From positions 20,524,001-20,588,000 of the forward strand of contig CM052817.1 of NCBI GenBank assembly GCA_028534125.1: a stretch of DNA of 64,000 nucleotides, written 5' to 3'. The translations under genes were made by a program, and so were the position numbers. The notes under the pieces were generated by a model. That model searched no databases, had not been told where the DNA came from, and saw nothing but the letters and a program-made list of their open reading frames with translations. This document shows positions 40,680 through 54,530 of the stretch, piece by piece. This DNA is from Lama glama (taxonomy: Eukaryota). Position 1 is the first letter of the stretch. Every line of letters begins with the position of its first letter.

Positions 40680-41664
40680 TTTTCACCCTCACATGGGCCC
40701 TTCTCCTCACTCATACTTCCCTCTGCTCTGTTTTTACACCCCTGCGTTTGTGGCTCTTGACTCATTAGCTTCACAGATGACAGTGTATCTTATCATAAGA
40801 AATAAGTCATTATTTCCCCCCAAATTTAGGACCTGCAATTAAAAACCAAGTAAGTATAAAATAATTGAAAACAGAAAAGACATCATTTAAATTTTATAAA
40901 ATTCATCAAATCTAGTGGTAAGAAAAGAAGTACTTATATCTCATATGGAAAGAAGACAATTCAACCAAAATGTTCTAAATTTTTTGAGGAAAGGTAACAA
41001 GAGAAACCTTTTTTTGACATTATAAGTTAAGTAAAGAAAATATGCACCATATAGGAAAAGAGGCTTAACAGTTTACCATACAAGAATAGAAGGGATTGGA
41101 GAAGTAAAATATAGATAAGAAAACAGAAATAATGAGATTTGAGGTGAGTGCATAAATTGAAAGCAATAAAAAATTGAAGGAAACAGATCATTGAAAACCA
41201 GGGACACTGAAAGGACTTTAAAAGAATATGAAACACAACTTGGAGGGAAAAAAAATCAATGCAGGTAGAGAAAAAGGACTTTATTTATAAGTTCATGTTT
41301 CCTTTATTCTTAGGAAAGCCTTCGAGGTAAAATGGCTGGAAAGAGAAAGGGGAGTAAAGATACGTTACTTTGTGTACATGGTTTTTCTAGGACTTTTTCT
41401 GTGGAAACAGTGCTTTTGAGAGCAAGATTAGGGCTTAAGCATTAATGTGGAGTTATGTATTTAGAATTTAAAAGGCTGTGCCTAGAGAATACAATTGAGG
41501 TAGGGAGGACTTGATGGAAAATTAGGAAACAAATCAAAATACCCTTTCCCCCACTCTACAAAGATATTCTGAGTGTTAACCAGTCTGTTAGCTCTGTGAA
41601 TTATACGGATCATTTCATGACTAGTTTTCTTTAGGTAGAGTGCCTAGGGCGTAGAATGAATGAT

Positions 41665-42110
41665 GAATTAGTCATGGAAGTTTAAGAGTTAGTAGAGAGA
41701 TTATGTTCAACCTATCCAGTCTCAGATTGTTCACGTATCCTTCAATGCTACTATGAGTCGTTCATTTCTGCTTGAATAATTCCAGTGACACAAAATCCAG
41801 AGATATCTCACTCTATTTTGGGACATCTTTTAACTTTCTACCTTTCTCTAATATTGAGCCCAAATCTGCCTTTCTATAGCTCGAATCCATTTATCTTGGG
41901 TTTTCCTTTTGAGAAAGCACAAAATAAGTTCTATTCCTTTCCCAAATGGAAGTATATCCAGGACCTAAATTCAGATAGATACTCTGTTATAGTGTCTAGA
42001 TGTATAATAGTCCCTCTTTTATTTTTTTTTTTCTGGTTTACAGCCTCAGTCTTCCCAATTGTTCTATTTTACTTGGTTGCAAATCCTTTTAGCATTCTGG
42101 TTAGTCTTAT
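41665..42110 (-). mobile_element. L3/CR1 LINE fossil
   Basis: tctgcttgaataattccagtgaca and taatattgagcccaaatctgcctttctatagctcgaatccatttatcttggg...cacaaaataagttctattcctttccca resemble reverse L3 consensus. Confidence 0.65.
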
Positions 42111-43379
42111 TTAGTGAAAAATATTTTTTCAAAGAAACAAGGAATTAAGGATGAGCTCCTTCAGTTTATATTTTTATACTGATTCATTTTGAAGAACCCA
42201 GAAAATCCATTTAAATACTTTTGGGGAAATAAAGAGGAGGTACAGATTAAAACTGCATATGGCTTTGATCTGAATTTGCACATAATAAAGGTATGGTTTG
42301 GCTAGTGTATAATATATAAATAAAATAAATACAAGTATATGTAAAAAAGAATGAAAAAAGAAAAAAATGGATTAATTAAAAAATAGTATTCGATTTATAT
42401 AAAAGAATTTTCAGTCTCTACCTTTTATTTCTTAATTGAATAAATATTTTGATTTGAGTTGGTGCCTGAAATGAATTTTTCCCTAAGATGCCCATTCAGC
42501 ATTCTAGCAAATTTGGCACTATTATATATATCTCCTTGAGTGGATAATATCAGTAGAAGTAAAAGACAAACAAAACAAAACAAAAACAAAGCAAAACAAA
42601 AACTATTTTCTCAGTGCAAATTATTGAGTTTAATGACTAATAATATGTAGTCACATATAAACGTAATGTTACATGGAGATCAAAATAGAGCAAAATAAGA
42701 CTGAAAAAATGTCTGAATTGGATGTCCTGACAGGTATGGACTTTCCTTAATAAAAAGTTACTGCAAAGTACATCCTTCATGTATATGAACTCCTCCTTAA
42801 TGCCAAGTTGCTGTCAGTGTCCCTTGGTGAGTCCTATTTATGAGTAGATGGTGGCAATCTCTCAGCATCCCTGTACGTCTGACTTTCAGTGAGTGCCTAG
42901 GCACAATATATGGCCTTTCTAGAACTGGGACATTTAGTTAATTTGCTGGCAGAGAATGCTTTTAATGCCACATGACTTTTTCCTGACCCTACCCAGAATT
43001 TCCATTTTCAATTTGCTTCATATATTATGAACCTGTATAATCTTAATGAACATCTTCCATATGGTAATTATAGTGCTTGACTTTATAGTCTCAAAAGCTT
43101 CAGTGCCTACATAAATTCTTTCTCTATAATACTGTTGAATGTTGCTTTGTAGGCTTCCCGTTCTGCTTTTCTTAGATTCAGTTCCCAAAGTAATACCCTT
43201 TCGGCATTTGATTATATATGAGTCTTAGACAATATTCCAAAACAATAGAAAACCTATATGTGCTCTGCCTCTCACTGCTGTTGAAGAGGTATGCTATGTG
43301 TGCATATATAATTTAGTATTTTTCAGTCTCTTTTAATATTTCAGAAAGAGGAGAATGGAATGTAGGAGGAGATACAGAT

Positions 43380-43600
43380 TAATCACTTAACCTCTCAAGA
43401 CCTCACTTATTTCACCAAGATAAGGGATTTAACTAACTGACCTTTAAAGTAACTTCCCAATTTCTGAATATGGAAGACTAGGAATTTTAGAAATTGGGAT
43501 TTGCTCTAGGTTTGCCAATAAACTATATTTAACTTTCCTGGGGGCATGGTTTCCTCATCTGTAAAATATGGAGACCAAGTTGGACCAGAGATGTAATCTT
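43380..43600 (+). mobile_element. Two adjacent MIR/MIR3 core fragments
   Basis: aatcacttaacctctcaagacctca and tatttaactttcctgggggcatggtttcctcatctgtaaaat. Confidence 0.6.
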
Positions 43601-45610
43601 TAGTGATATAGCATGTGTTGACCTTATTTTTCCCTTGTGAAGTTTCTGTTGAGAAGGATTCTGAGAACTTGCTTTGACTCTGCAGCATGGATTGTCAAGA
43701 TCATATGATCAATTATGATTTATATTACAGGCTTCTTACATAATTTCTAAGGTTTTAAATATAAAAAAGTCTGATGATTACTATCACTTAAGGTGCTATA
43801 TTTTTCTTTTTTGGTGTATAGGCAGATAGTGCTTTTAAAAATACATGCATCCAAGAAAATGTTTGGTGCACTGAGGAAGACAGATTGAAGAGAAGACAGT
43901 CATTTAAAAGACATTTGAAGCACTTTAATGCAGCAGAGAGACAAAGGATTTGACTCATTCTTTGTAATTCTTGGGGGCAGAACAAACGCTGGTATGTGTA
44001 AAGAGTAGAAAATTGTTTCCTTATAAGGAGGAAATGTATTAACTTAAGAAATGCTCAGCAAAATCTGCTCCAAAGAATAGCCTATGTTCTGAAATCTTTA
44101 TCACTGAAGATGTTTAAGCTCAGGTTGCATGGTAATTTCTCAAAATCATTATTAAAGGAATTCATTCATAAGTTAGACAAAATGGATTCCAACACTAATG
44201 GTCTGGGATTCTAGGATTTTCAGCAGACATAATAGCAATCATTCTGTACTGGACATAATTCTGTATCTGGTGACATAATTCTCAAAGATTTCATTGGAAG
44301 GAGTGATTGAGAATTTTTAACATAGTCATCTGATTTTTAACCAATGCTACAATGTCCTAGTGAAGCTCTTTTACTTACCAAAGCTACTGTTCTGAAGAGA
44401 AAATCACTAGTTTCCATCTGCGGAACTATCAATTCTTTTGCATCTAGAGATGCCACTCTGTCCTCATTTTGAATATAATTTTTCTATTGCAGTATAACTG
44501 AAAATAATAAAGTTGTAATAAAGACAACTTGCAAAAGTAATTTTATGATTGATTGTTTTCAACTTCTTAAAGTGTGGAATATAAAGCATTCATTTAGAAT
44601 CATAAATTATTTTACCTGGAAGAGATTATGAAAATTCCCCATCTGGAAATCCAGTTAATAAGAAGTAACTTTTTCAAGGTCATTAAATTAGTGAGAGAGC
44701 TGTAATCCAGATTTTCTGAATCCCTGTCCAGGGGGGCTGGAAGAATAACCAAATTTACTGCAGTAGCTTGCTTAAAAGTACAGATCTTGGTGAGTTGACA
44801 CTTTTTTGCGTGTCCTTGGATGCACTGCTTACCTCAAATCAGCAGGATGAAATGGGAAAGCAAACAATTTTATTCATAAGAAGCAGAAAAACACTAGGTA
44901 GTGTAGCCTGCTGTGCTCCCGGAGGGGCATGGAAGTTGGCGTCTCTTTGCAAAGCTTGACATTACAAACATGCTTTGTAATCAACTAAAGCTTTTTGCTG
45001 GAAGTGAAAAACTAGTCAAAAATATATTCCAACTTAAAATCAGGAGCTGCCTGATATGATCTTATCACCACTATCTTGTGACTGGGGACACCACAGTAGG
45101 CAGCACCCCCAAAGTTTACAGAAACAAGTTACTGAAGAGTCTAGTCAAAAACATTAACCAGACTCACCCATCATTATGTAAGCTTGCCTGTCCACTCTCA
45201 TCAGGACAGCAGGCATCGATTAAATAAATAGTACTTCTCATTATAAAGAGGACGGTTAACACAGGCACATTAGCTGCTTGTAATAGGATATTAGCTAATT
45301 GACTGGGGGAGAATGTCTTTAGACACCATAGTGCATATTGGTGAGGATTTGAATTATCTGTGGTCTTTGTTAAGTACAGTACCATGATAAGCCAACATAA
45401 TCAAATAGTGAAGAAATTGCAGGCAAATATTTTTTAAAACAACAAAGAAATGTAGATCTAATTTAGAAATGGTGCCACTTTGGGGAAGATCGTGGAAAAC
45501 TTGGCCATAATGCTAAAGTTTTACTGATATCTGAATTTATAATGAGAACAAAATACAAGGTTGAGAGGACTGATGGCTTTCCAAAGGTGTTTTGGATCAC
45601 TTATCTTAAA

Positions 45611-45634
45611 GTTTGTTTGTTTGTTTGTTTGTTT
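45611..45634. repeat. (GTTT)6 microsatellite
   Basis: Read directly from the sequence. Confidence 0.9.
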
Positions 45635-48600
45635 ATTTTGTTTTTTCCCCAATAAAGCACCATACTGTCAATGGCTTTTTTTCTTATTTCTGAACCAATT
45701 ATCAAAAAGACATTGTATATTATGTCTTTAAATATGTGACTTCAACAGGCTTTGCATAACAAGTTTTTTTTAGTATGTATCTACAAGACATTTTCTCCCA
45801 TGGGACTGAAGTTCTAATGTTATCATGGAAATCAGTGGGAAGATAACTTCCAGCTAAACCGTGAATTTGCTTTACTGAGAACTCCGCTGGATCACCTTAG
45901 GTTAGGGGAGAATATCCAAATAGGTTCTGCTTCAATAAGGGTGGGAACAGAGGCAGGAATCAAATCATTTGCTTACGTTTTGCAGCTCCTGAACATAAGA
46001 ACATTGTGGTTATGCCTCAGAGGCTGAGAATGCGTGCTGGACTGGGTTGAGTAGATGGTGGTTCTGTGAGAAAGTAAAGAAAGGTGAGAGATCAGAGCTG
46101 TACAGAACAAACTGCATGTGCGTGGGGACAATTAGTGAGGGAGGAAGTTACAGGTTTTGAAATATGCTTAACTTTTTAGTTAATTGTTTGTTTGTTGCAC
46201 AACAAGGCAGTCAGGTAGACTGGGAATGCAGGGAAGTAAGAAAAGAGGAGGAGAAAATTAACAGTACCCTGGCAGGTCTGCTCAAAGGTCCTTTTTTAGA
46301 TGTCTCATAGGGTTAACTGTGCCAATAATCTCTCTCTCTCTTTTTTTTTTTTTAACATTTCCAGAATATATGTCAGGGACATATGAGCGTTACATAAACA
46401 TATCAAATTTATATCAAAGAATACAGAATCTATTTATGACCAATCAGGTTGCCTTAATAGTGGTATCAGGTTATTATATATCACAAAAGAAATACATCTA
46501 TGTTCATGTAAAACTATAGTTCATTACTTTTCATTTTAAAGCATAACTTTAGAAAATGAAATATATTTTATGTAACAAAATTATTTTAACAAGCCCTTTT
46601 AGTCTTTAGAAAAGTTTGGTGAAAGATAGGAGAAAAAAAAATCTTCAAGTATTTTTGGCCAAGTACTTCAAAGTTCTGATAATATTTTAACAAAATCAGT
46701 TCGTTCAATCTGGAAGTAAACGGTTTACAAGTGAAATCAGTGATTATGCGACATCACAGGACTTTTAAAGAATATAGCACCTGTTCTGTTTTTTTTTTTA
46801 AGAGAATTTTAAGATGTATCTAATTTAATCAAGAAAAAGTAGACCAATAATTTCACATAATAAATCATTGCTATAATTAAAACAGTGACTGGCAAAACAC
46901 AAGAATCAGATTATCTCAACACCAGTTTAGTAATAAATTTTTAAGAAAAGAAAAAGTATCATGAACAGATAAACCATAAAAGTATTTCACTAAGTATGCA
47001 ATAATATATTTGTCCAAACATCAGTATACTTGTTAGCCATTTTATTTTAATGTAACCAATAAATAAATTGAAGAGTAGTTCAAGGAGATGTCAATTATTT
47101 AAGTATCTGTTATGTTTTATATGGGGTGGGGGGGAGCCTGCTTATTGTTTTAATAGTGTGAGGCTCCAAGCACTAGAATAGCAAAATTAGATGGTTCAGA
47201 AAGTTTAAGAAAGTAATGAATCATCTACAATTTGGTATAAGCATTGCTAACATTTTCCAAAAATGCCATTTATCAGATATTGCAATGATACAATAATATA
47301 TGTTTAGCTTTTACTTCAATTGTAGCTAATTTATGAGATTCAATAAAGAGAATGACTATGTTTTTTAATTTTGCTCATAAACTGAGGGGCACTAAGAGGA
47401 GCATTTTAGCAATATAAAGTTTATTTTAAGCCAAAAATTTGTTATAAATAACTGTGAGATTTCAAAGTAGTTTACTCTAAGGAAATATGTGACATAAAAG
47501 CACTGTTAATAATTAAAATGATGAACTATTTTCAGGACTCATAAAGTTCATATGTCAAAGATATAAATTATTTTGTCTTATTAGATGAGTTATGTATTTT
47601 TAGGAAAAAAGGGAGAATTAAACATCAGAACTGATCATTGCTGAGCATTTAGGGGAAAAGAAAAACATAAACTATATTAAAGTGTTATGGAGTTTACTTT
47701 GGCATGGCTTTAGTATATATGAAAACATTTTCTATAGTTGTATGAATATTATATTTATAAGTAAAATGGGTGTATTACTTATTTATCCAGAAGTCTGATG
47801 GCATTTAACTGATTTTCAAGTGTTTTGGGGTTACTTTTGTGCCTAGTACCCTGGCACCTAAGAATTTACTTTGTTGATAATTAAACTTTTAGACACTTAA
47901 AACTACAAATGAAAGTTGCCTTTTATCTGAAATGTGTGCCTTCATTATTTTAGTAAGTGGTCATTTACTTATTTATCTCTTTTACTTTGAATAACTAATT
48001 GAGAGCTTTCATTTTATTTAGCACAAGTCCTAAATGAAAGGGGACATAGCCTTAATCAATGACTGATTGGCTGACAGAGTAAAGCACTTACACTGAATTG
48101 TCATCTATTAAGCACTCACACTCAACTCTTACCTATTAAATTTTGATATAAAGTCTAACTGCTCCATGTTCTATTTTCTCACCTGCAAAATAACATAGTC
48201 ACATACATCAAGTTCCCAATAGTTCATGTAGGCATTATGTGGATGGTTTCAAATAGAAACAGAGGGAGGAGGGAAGAGGGAAGGATGGAAAGAAACATTT
48301 TCTGCTGATTTATGAAAGGGTCAATCCCTCAGTGCATTTGGAGATGCTCCATCGAAGTAGAGAAGACTTGGAGAGTGGATACAATTAGAATACTTAGCAG
48401 TTAAAAAATGAGTCTCTATGTAGATGGGTTTAGAGAAATGCTTTTAGGAATGAATTGGAGAATGAGAATTGGCTGCAGCTAGGTCATGTAACGGGGCACT
48501 GGGAGGAGTATGTATATAGAGACACTAGGAAGCCAGGCAGTTTATTAATGAGAAGAATGCTGCCCTGTAGCACTACTTCCTACTGCTAGCTGTAGGCAGA

Positions 48601-50811
48601 ACTCCTTTGGCATGGCCACTTTTGGGGGATAATCTTCTAGAGAACTCTTGCAGAATGATAACAGAAAAGATCTGGCAAAGAAATTACTGGACAATTTTCA
48701 CTGTCAAGGTTAGAGGGACAGTCCTGACCCATGTGATTGCTTATTTCAGGATAAAAGCAGATGGATCAAGTGCAGAAAATGTTGGGCTACAAATAATTTG
48801 CAAATGTAGATAAAATATATAAACAGGAGCCTGAAAATTGGGTGAGAACTGCTAATTCCTATAGCAGTTAGTTAAAATACCATTTATCTTTCTCTGCATC
48901 TTGTTTTCTGTCCCAGGATTTTCTAGGTATTATTGATGAAAATCATCTTTGGCTGCTAAGGGGGCCTCCTTCATTTTTCATGTGAACTTCAGCTATAGTC
49001 ATATGATTTTTAAGTAATATAAGATGAGAAAATAACAGTAAGACCATATATGAGGCCAAAAAATATCTCTGCTGAGCTAAGGAAAAGGGAGATAAAATTT
49101 ATTTTTTAAATGTTTTAATCTAAATAAGCTGAGATACCTCTCATTTTGAACACAGATTTTCTTTTTAAATTAGAGTTGATTCCATTAAAAATTCTAGGTG
49201 ACTGAAATATATGAACGAAGAGAAAGAAAGCATAGTTGTTATTTTACATTGAAATGAAAATATATGGATTTATAGGTGTTCTAGGTGGACTATTTTCTTT
49301 TAACAGATCTGCTCTTGCCATATGAATACAGTCATTTATTATTTCTTGGGAACATTTATAAAATATTTACTATATTCTTAATAACACTTTTAAATTAATG
49401 TATTTTCATTCATATTTTATCTTATTCAAAAAATGACTTAAAGTGGCTTATAAAAATGTATTATAAAACCTTGACAACCAGTCATAGTTTTATTATAATT
49501 GAAACATACTGAAGTCTACCGAAAAAATACCTCCCCATACTTCCTTCACGTGCTGTTTTTGTTATTTGAAAATGTCATCTTGGTGATTATTCACCTCACA
49601 GGAGTGCTGTCAATTGATACAGCAGACTGCACTTACATAAAACTCCTCTAGTGATCTCTTGACCTGGTACCATCTCATTGTTTTTACTGCCATCTTTCTG
49701 CCACAAACAGACCAAACCAACTCACCTGTTGTTGCAGATATAGATAAGCTGTCTATTGCTGCTTTGGTCAAACAGAACATGCCCAGAGGCTGTTATTCAG
49801 ATTTTGACTTAATAACTTTAAAACATTTCCTCTGACCTAACTAGTCTCCTTCAGTAACCTGTCTACCCACAGAGTACTGTTCTCCATTGTGGTAATCTAC
49901 CTCTCCCTTTCAGTCGACACTCACATTCATTCAGTACACATCTTCTGAGCTTGACAGTAGGAACAACAGAATTCAGTCGAACAAATGCACATTAGTTTAT
50001 GAACGACTGGAGTTGGTCTTGGAGGAAGTGAACTATATGAGTTGAATTCATTCTTGTTCGTGAAAGATTATTAAGATCCTAAAATAGGGATATCTGCAGT
50101 TTAAGAAATATTTAATAAACATATGTCTCTGTAATTGGTAGAAATTGACAGGAAGTATGACAAAATGACAGAGGAAATTTTCTGATATTGTAATAAGGGA
50201 GTTGCACAGCACCGAGGATATATGCCAAGGGACATCAGCTGGACTAGTTCAGGTTGGACTGCCTAAGTCATGACTTTCTTAAATTATTAGCCCTCAAACT
50301 ATTAAAAAGCTGAAAGGTGTGTATGTATGTGTGTGTGCACCCACATATTTGTGCACCTGGACATGTGTGTGTTTCCAGTTGAAGCAGAAAGGTGGTCAGT
50401 TAAGTGTAGTCATTCTATGTAAGTCATTTATTCAAGAGTCTTGAGATTGACATGAGTCTTGATGTAATATTAGTGTCTATCTCAGTAGTTGTTTGAATTG
50501 TTCATTATTTCTGCTGAAGTGACAACAGCTCCACTGGGCTTCCACCACAAAGATAATAAGCCTGTAGACCAAGCTGTATTATCATCAGTGTTCTAGTCAG
50601 CCAAGGTACTCTTACATTTCAGGAATATCCCAGTTATAGGAGGTAGGGCGAAAAATGCAGAAGAGAGATGCCATGGTTTACTGTTGAATCCATCGCATGG
50701 AACACAAACCTTGGCTATTGGTAGCTATAGTCAGGAAGATCTGATAGGAAACAATTCACTGATTCCTCTGGCTTTTGATCTAAACCTAGTCAATCAGAAA
50801 TAAGTGTATCC

Positions 50812-50980
50812 ATAGCACAGGGAACTATATTCAATATCTTGTAATAACTTATGGTGAAAAAGAATATAAAAATGAATATATGTATGTTCACGTATGACTG
50901 AAGCATTGTGCTGTACACCAGAAATTGACACAACATTATAAACTGACTATACTTCAATAAAAAATATATATATACAAAAA
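50812..50980 (+). mobile_element. Short 5'-truncated LINE-1 3' end with A/TA-rich tail
   Basis: atagcacagggaactatattcaatatcttgtaataac...tgtgctgtacaccagaaattgacacaacattataaactgactatacttcaataaaaaa; possible decayed TSD aaataagtgtatcca / aaataatgtgtcca. Confidence 0.92.
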
Positions 50981-53900
50981 ATAATGTGTCCAAGAATAAA
51001 ATATCATGCCATATGTTGAGTAAGCATATGTTCTGAGGCTTAAAACTCATTGGAGATTTTGTATTCCTCTCTAACTTTGAGAAGTTGCTTTTCTTGGATA
51101 ATATTATTTTCTCAGCTATTGTATATATGCTTCCTCAATATTGGAGATCTCTAAATTATGAATAAGTTTTCCCAGTTCTTGGTGATTGTTTAAGGCCAAA
51201 TATTGCATTGTTACATTATAATGCACCCTTATGAAAATAGTGGTAATTAATTTCATCTAACAATTAGTAATAGTACAGAATACCTCTTTTGTGTCCAAAC
51301 CTGTGCTGGATGCTAGACTGAATTTACGGCATTTAATCTGTTGCTTGTATTGTTTGTCTCCTTTCTTCTATTTCATTACAAATGGAGATGCTGGATATCC
51401 CTGCATTTTTCACAGTTCGTAGATAGTAACGTGGAATATACAGATGCAGGGCCTTTAGAATGTATGATCCCTGGCAAATCTGAATAGAATGTCAGAAAGG
51501 AGAAAAGGAAAAAAACAGTGCAACCGAGGCAGCTACTCCTTTTTCTCATTTCCAAAATAATTTTTCAGGTCTAGGGAAATTTTTGACATGAGTTAAAACC
51601 TTACTCAACCTTTGAACCAGGCTTAATTCAGAAGATCACCCTGAGTCTTATAGATCATGACAGTATCAGAGGGGCCATATTTTTACATGGATAAACCATT
51701 CCAGGACAATTTCTCCAGTATATTAGACACAGGCATATTATAATCTTCCAGTTTCAAACACTTAATGTCTTATCTTGCTCCCTTGATGTATCTTCAGGAA
51801 ATGCATGTCTTTTGGCTTTGTAAGAAATATTCTATTTTCAACTAACATTAAATTGTCTGCACATTATCTTATCCCAATAATGGTGAACATCAGAGTTCAT
51901 TTTCTTTGGGGAACGTCTCACTTACAGCTTTTGTTTGCCGTAGGGGAAATGACAGGGTGTATTAAGCTCCTTCGGTGGCAATAGTTATATTTATTTGGGG
52001 ACTTTGTGCATTTCACTTTTCATATCTTTGCATATGCCAACCTCAGATGGACTTCTTTTCTTACCTGCCTGGGGGAGGCAGAAATAGCAGCAGAAGAGGT
52101 GCAGTTTCAGAGCTGAGGGCAACGAAAGGGTGGTACCAGGAGGACCAGTGTGTAATAGAACAAAGTGTGATTGTTCTGCACGCATTTGCCCTCGCTCAGG
52201 CGATTCATGCACAGACAAGAAAGTCCTTTCCCTTTTCCACATTTTTAGACAGACTGCTTAGTTTTGGGTTTTGTTTGTCTGTTTCTTAATGCCAATCCCA
52301 GCTGGAAAGTAGAGAGGCATCCTCTGTCCCATTGCTTAAAATTCCCTTTCAGGGAAAGTGAGCGATACTCAGAGTCACTGCTCTAAGTTTTGCTTCAGTA
52401 CTTGTTTTTAATTCATATTTATGTCATGCTTTTCACACAAAGGACTTGAGGCATTCTCTAGAATCCATAAGAAATGAATATATGCTAATTAGCTTACATC
52501 CAGTTATTTTCAACCCAACAACTCGTAGTCCCTGTTGGTTTGTACTGCAATGTAATCTGCAGCAGTCGTGTGTTGTATTTGGTAGGTGGTCTTTAAGATA
52601 CAATCATTTGTGTTTTAATTATATATGAGTTTATGTAGAATAAGAAAACATGATAGCTGTTTCCTGCAATGGAAATTTATGTTTGATATTCCTGACTCAC
52701 AACTGGGAGATGAAGTAATTTGGATCAGCCAAAGCATGCAGATAGATGAACTGATTAAATAATCGGTATCTCCATCATCCTAATTATATGGGATGACACC
52801 TTTGAAATCAGTGGCTAATTTTTGGAGAAAACATGAAATTTAATTTTTCCAGCCTTTTCAAAGTGCAATGAATCACTGTTATCAGAATAATGTTATTTTA
52901 AATGTGTTTGACTAGAATCTTTTATCAAGCCTCTGCTTTTTCCTGAAGCTATTCCTCTATAGATCACATGATAAGATATCAAATCACCTTTCACCAATCA
53001 TGCAGAGCAAAAGATCTTCAAAATTCTAAGCATTTATCCCTCAGGAGAGATCTTACTTCATGCTGTTGAATCATTCCATGCAAATTAGGTGTCCTCCTCA
53101 CTCTACATCAGCACTGAAAGAAATTAAAGAAAAGAAAGTACCCAACTTGCCAGCTGGAGATAGTCGTGTTAAACTTTTTACCCTTTTGTGCTCTTGCATC
53201 TGTATCCTTCCATTAAAAACAAATCATCTCTGAAGTTTTATGGAACTTAAGAAAAAATTTTTAAAGAGAAAAAAAGGTAATGTTTTCCTAAATTCAGATG
53301 TAGCCACAGCTAGGTTATTATGGATAATGTTCAAGCAATGTCCAGACTGGATGGCCATTTTCCCCTAAATGTATTTCTATGGAGTGAAAGTATTTGTTTT
53401 TTCTCTTGGAATCTTCAAGATAATTAATTTTCAGTGCACACAGCTGATTGAGGTGGATAACCTGGCTTCGTTAAACATGCACGCTGTTTCTGACCATCAA
53501 CATTATAACTCATCAGACTTTCCAAAGCAAGAGCTGTTTAAATCAAAGGATTTTCTCTGCGGATCCCTGACTGCTGCTGGCTAGATGTCAGAGCTTGGAA
53601 GCTACTCTCTAAGTAATTGTGAAGCACTGTTCTCCAATCAGCATACATTATTGCAGAGCAAGAAATACACCGGCTGAATTTCCATTGAAGTTTTAGCTCA
53701 GCCGTTTGAACTTTGAGTCATATGTACTTAAATGTTTCTGCTGGATTAAAAGCCTGCTACCTTCTTCCCTTTCATGAGAGAAGTGTTCAGGACAAAACTA
53801 CACCCTTCTGACTTCTCGAATTACACACTGAGGATAACTGTCATTGCTTTAGCAACAGGATTTAATATCCATAAACTGTTTCATTTTGGCCCCCCATATG

Positions 53901-54082
53901 AAAAGTGTATAACTCTTAAAGGACAGAGGAAATCAGGGACCTTTGGATATGAGAGTAAAGGAAGAGAAATATATTTAGTAGTTTGGTGTGGTTTAGTCTT
54001 TATTTTTGTTTTTTGAGGGGAATGCGATATGGATTGAGTAAGAAGGGAGATAAATATAGATATACATACAGATACATAAATA

Positions 54083-54117
54083 GGTGTGTGTGTGTGTGTG
54101 TGTCTAGAGAGAGAGAG
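54083..54117. repeat. Compound (GT)n...(AG)n microsatellite
   Basis: ggtgtgtgtgtgtgtgtgtgtctagagagagagag. Confidence 0.9.
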
Positions 54118-54399
54118 TTTGCCTCCAACTTTCAAGGGTGGAAGTAGGAAATCACATATAGAATCTTTATCAACTTTCACACGAAGTTTTCATATGATTA
54201 GTAGTTGAAAAAAGGAGAGGCACCCTATGTTGAGACTTGGCGATGTTACAGATAGGGGGCAAAAGGTCCCCAGAGACTATGAATCGTCTCACTATTAAAG
54301 CTGAAATAAAAGCTGAAGTTATCACAATTGCTTTCAAGGACACAATCCTATTATTCTTGTGAGAGAATATATTTTAGTAAGAAGAACATCAAAATGGGA

Positions 54400-54530
54400 A
54401 CTAAGAATCTCCATTTTAATCCTTCTTGGGAAATAAACCAGGCAATCTATCAGCCTCCTGACCCCTCAGTTGTCACATTGTGAAATTAGAGAATGGGGCT
54501 AAAGATTTCTAAAATCCCATCTAGGTTTTA
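54400..54530 (+). mobile_element. MIR3/MIRc fragment
   Basis: cctcagttgtcacattgtgaaattagagaatggggctaaagatttctaaaatcccatctagg. Confidence 0.55.

Noticed and set aside
40140..40842. Long ORFs (183-231 aa) spanning the first gap
   Set aside because: They are made of X residues from the N run, so they are artefacts
47123..47135. G-rich run as a G-quadruplex
   Set aside because: Too few separate G tracts
49575..49651. cctcacAG followed by GVLSIDTADCTYIKLL* as a terminal exon
   Set aside because: Weak acceptor context and a short frame; not distinguishable from chance
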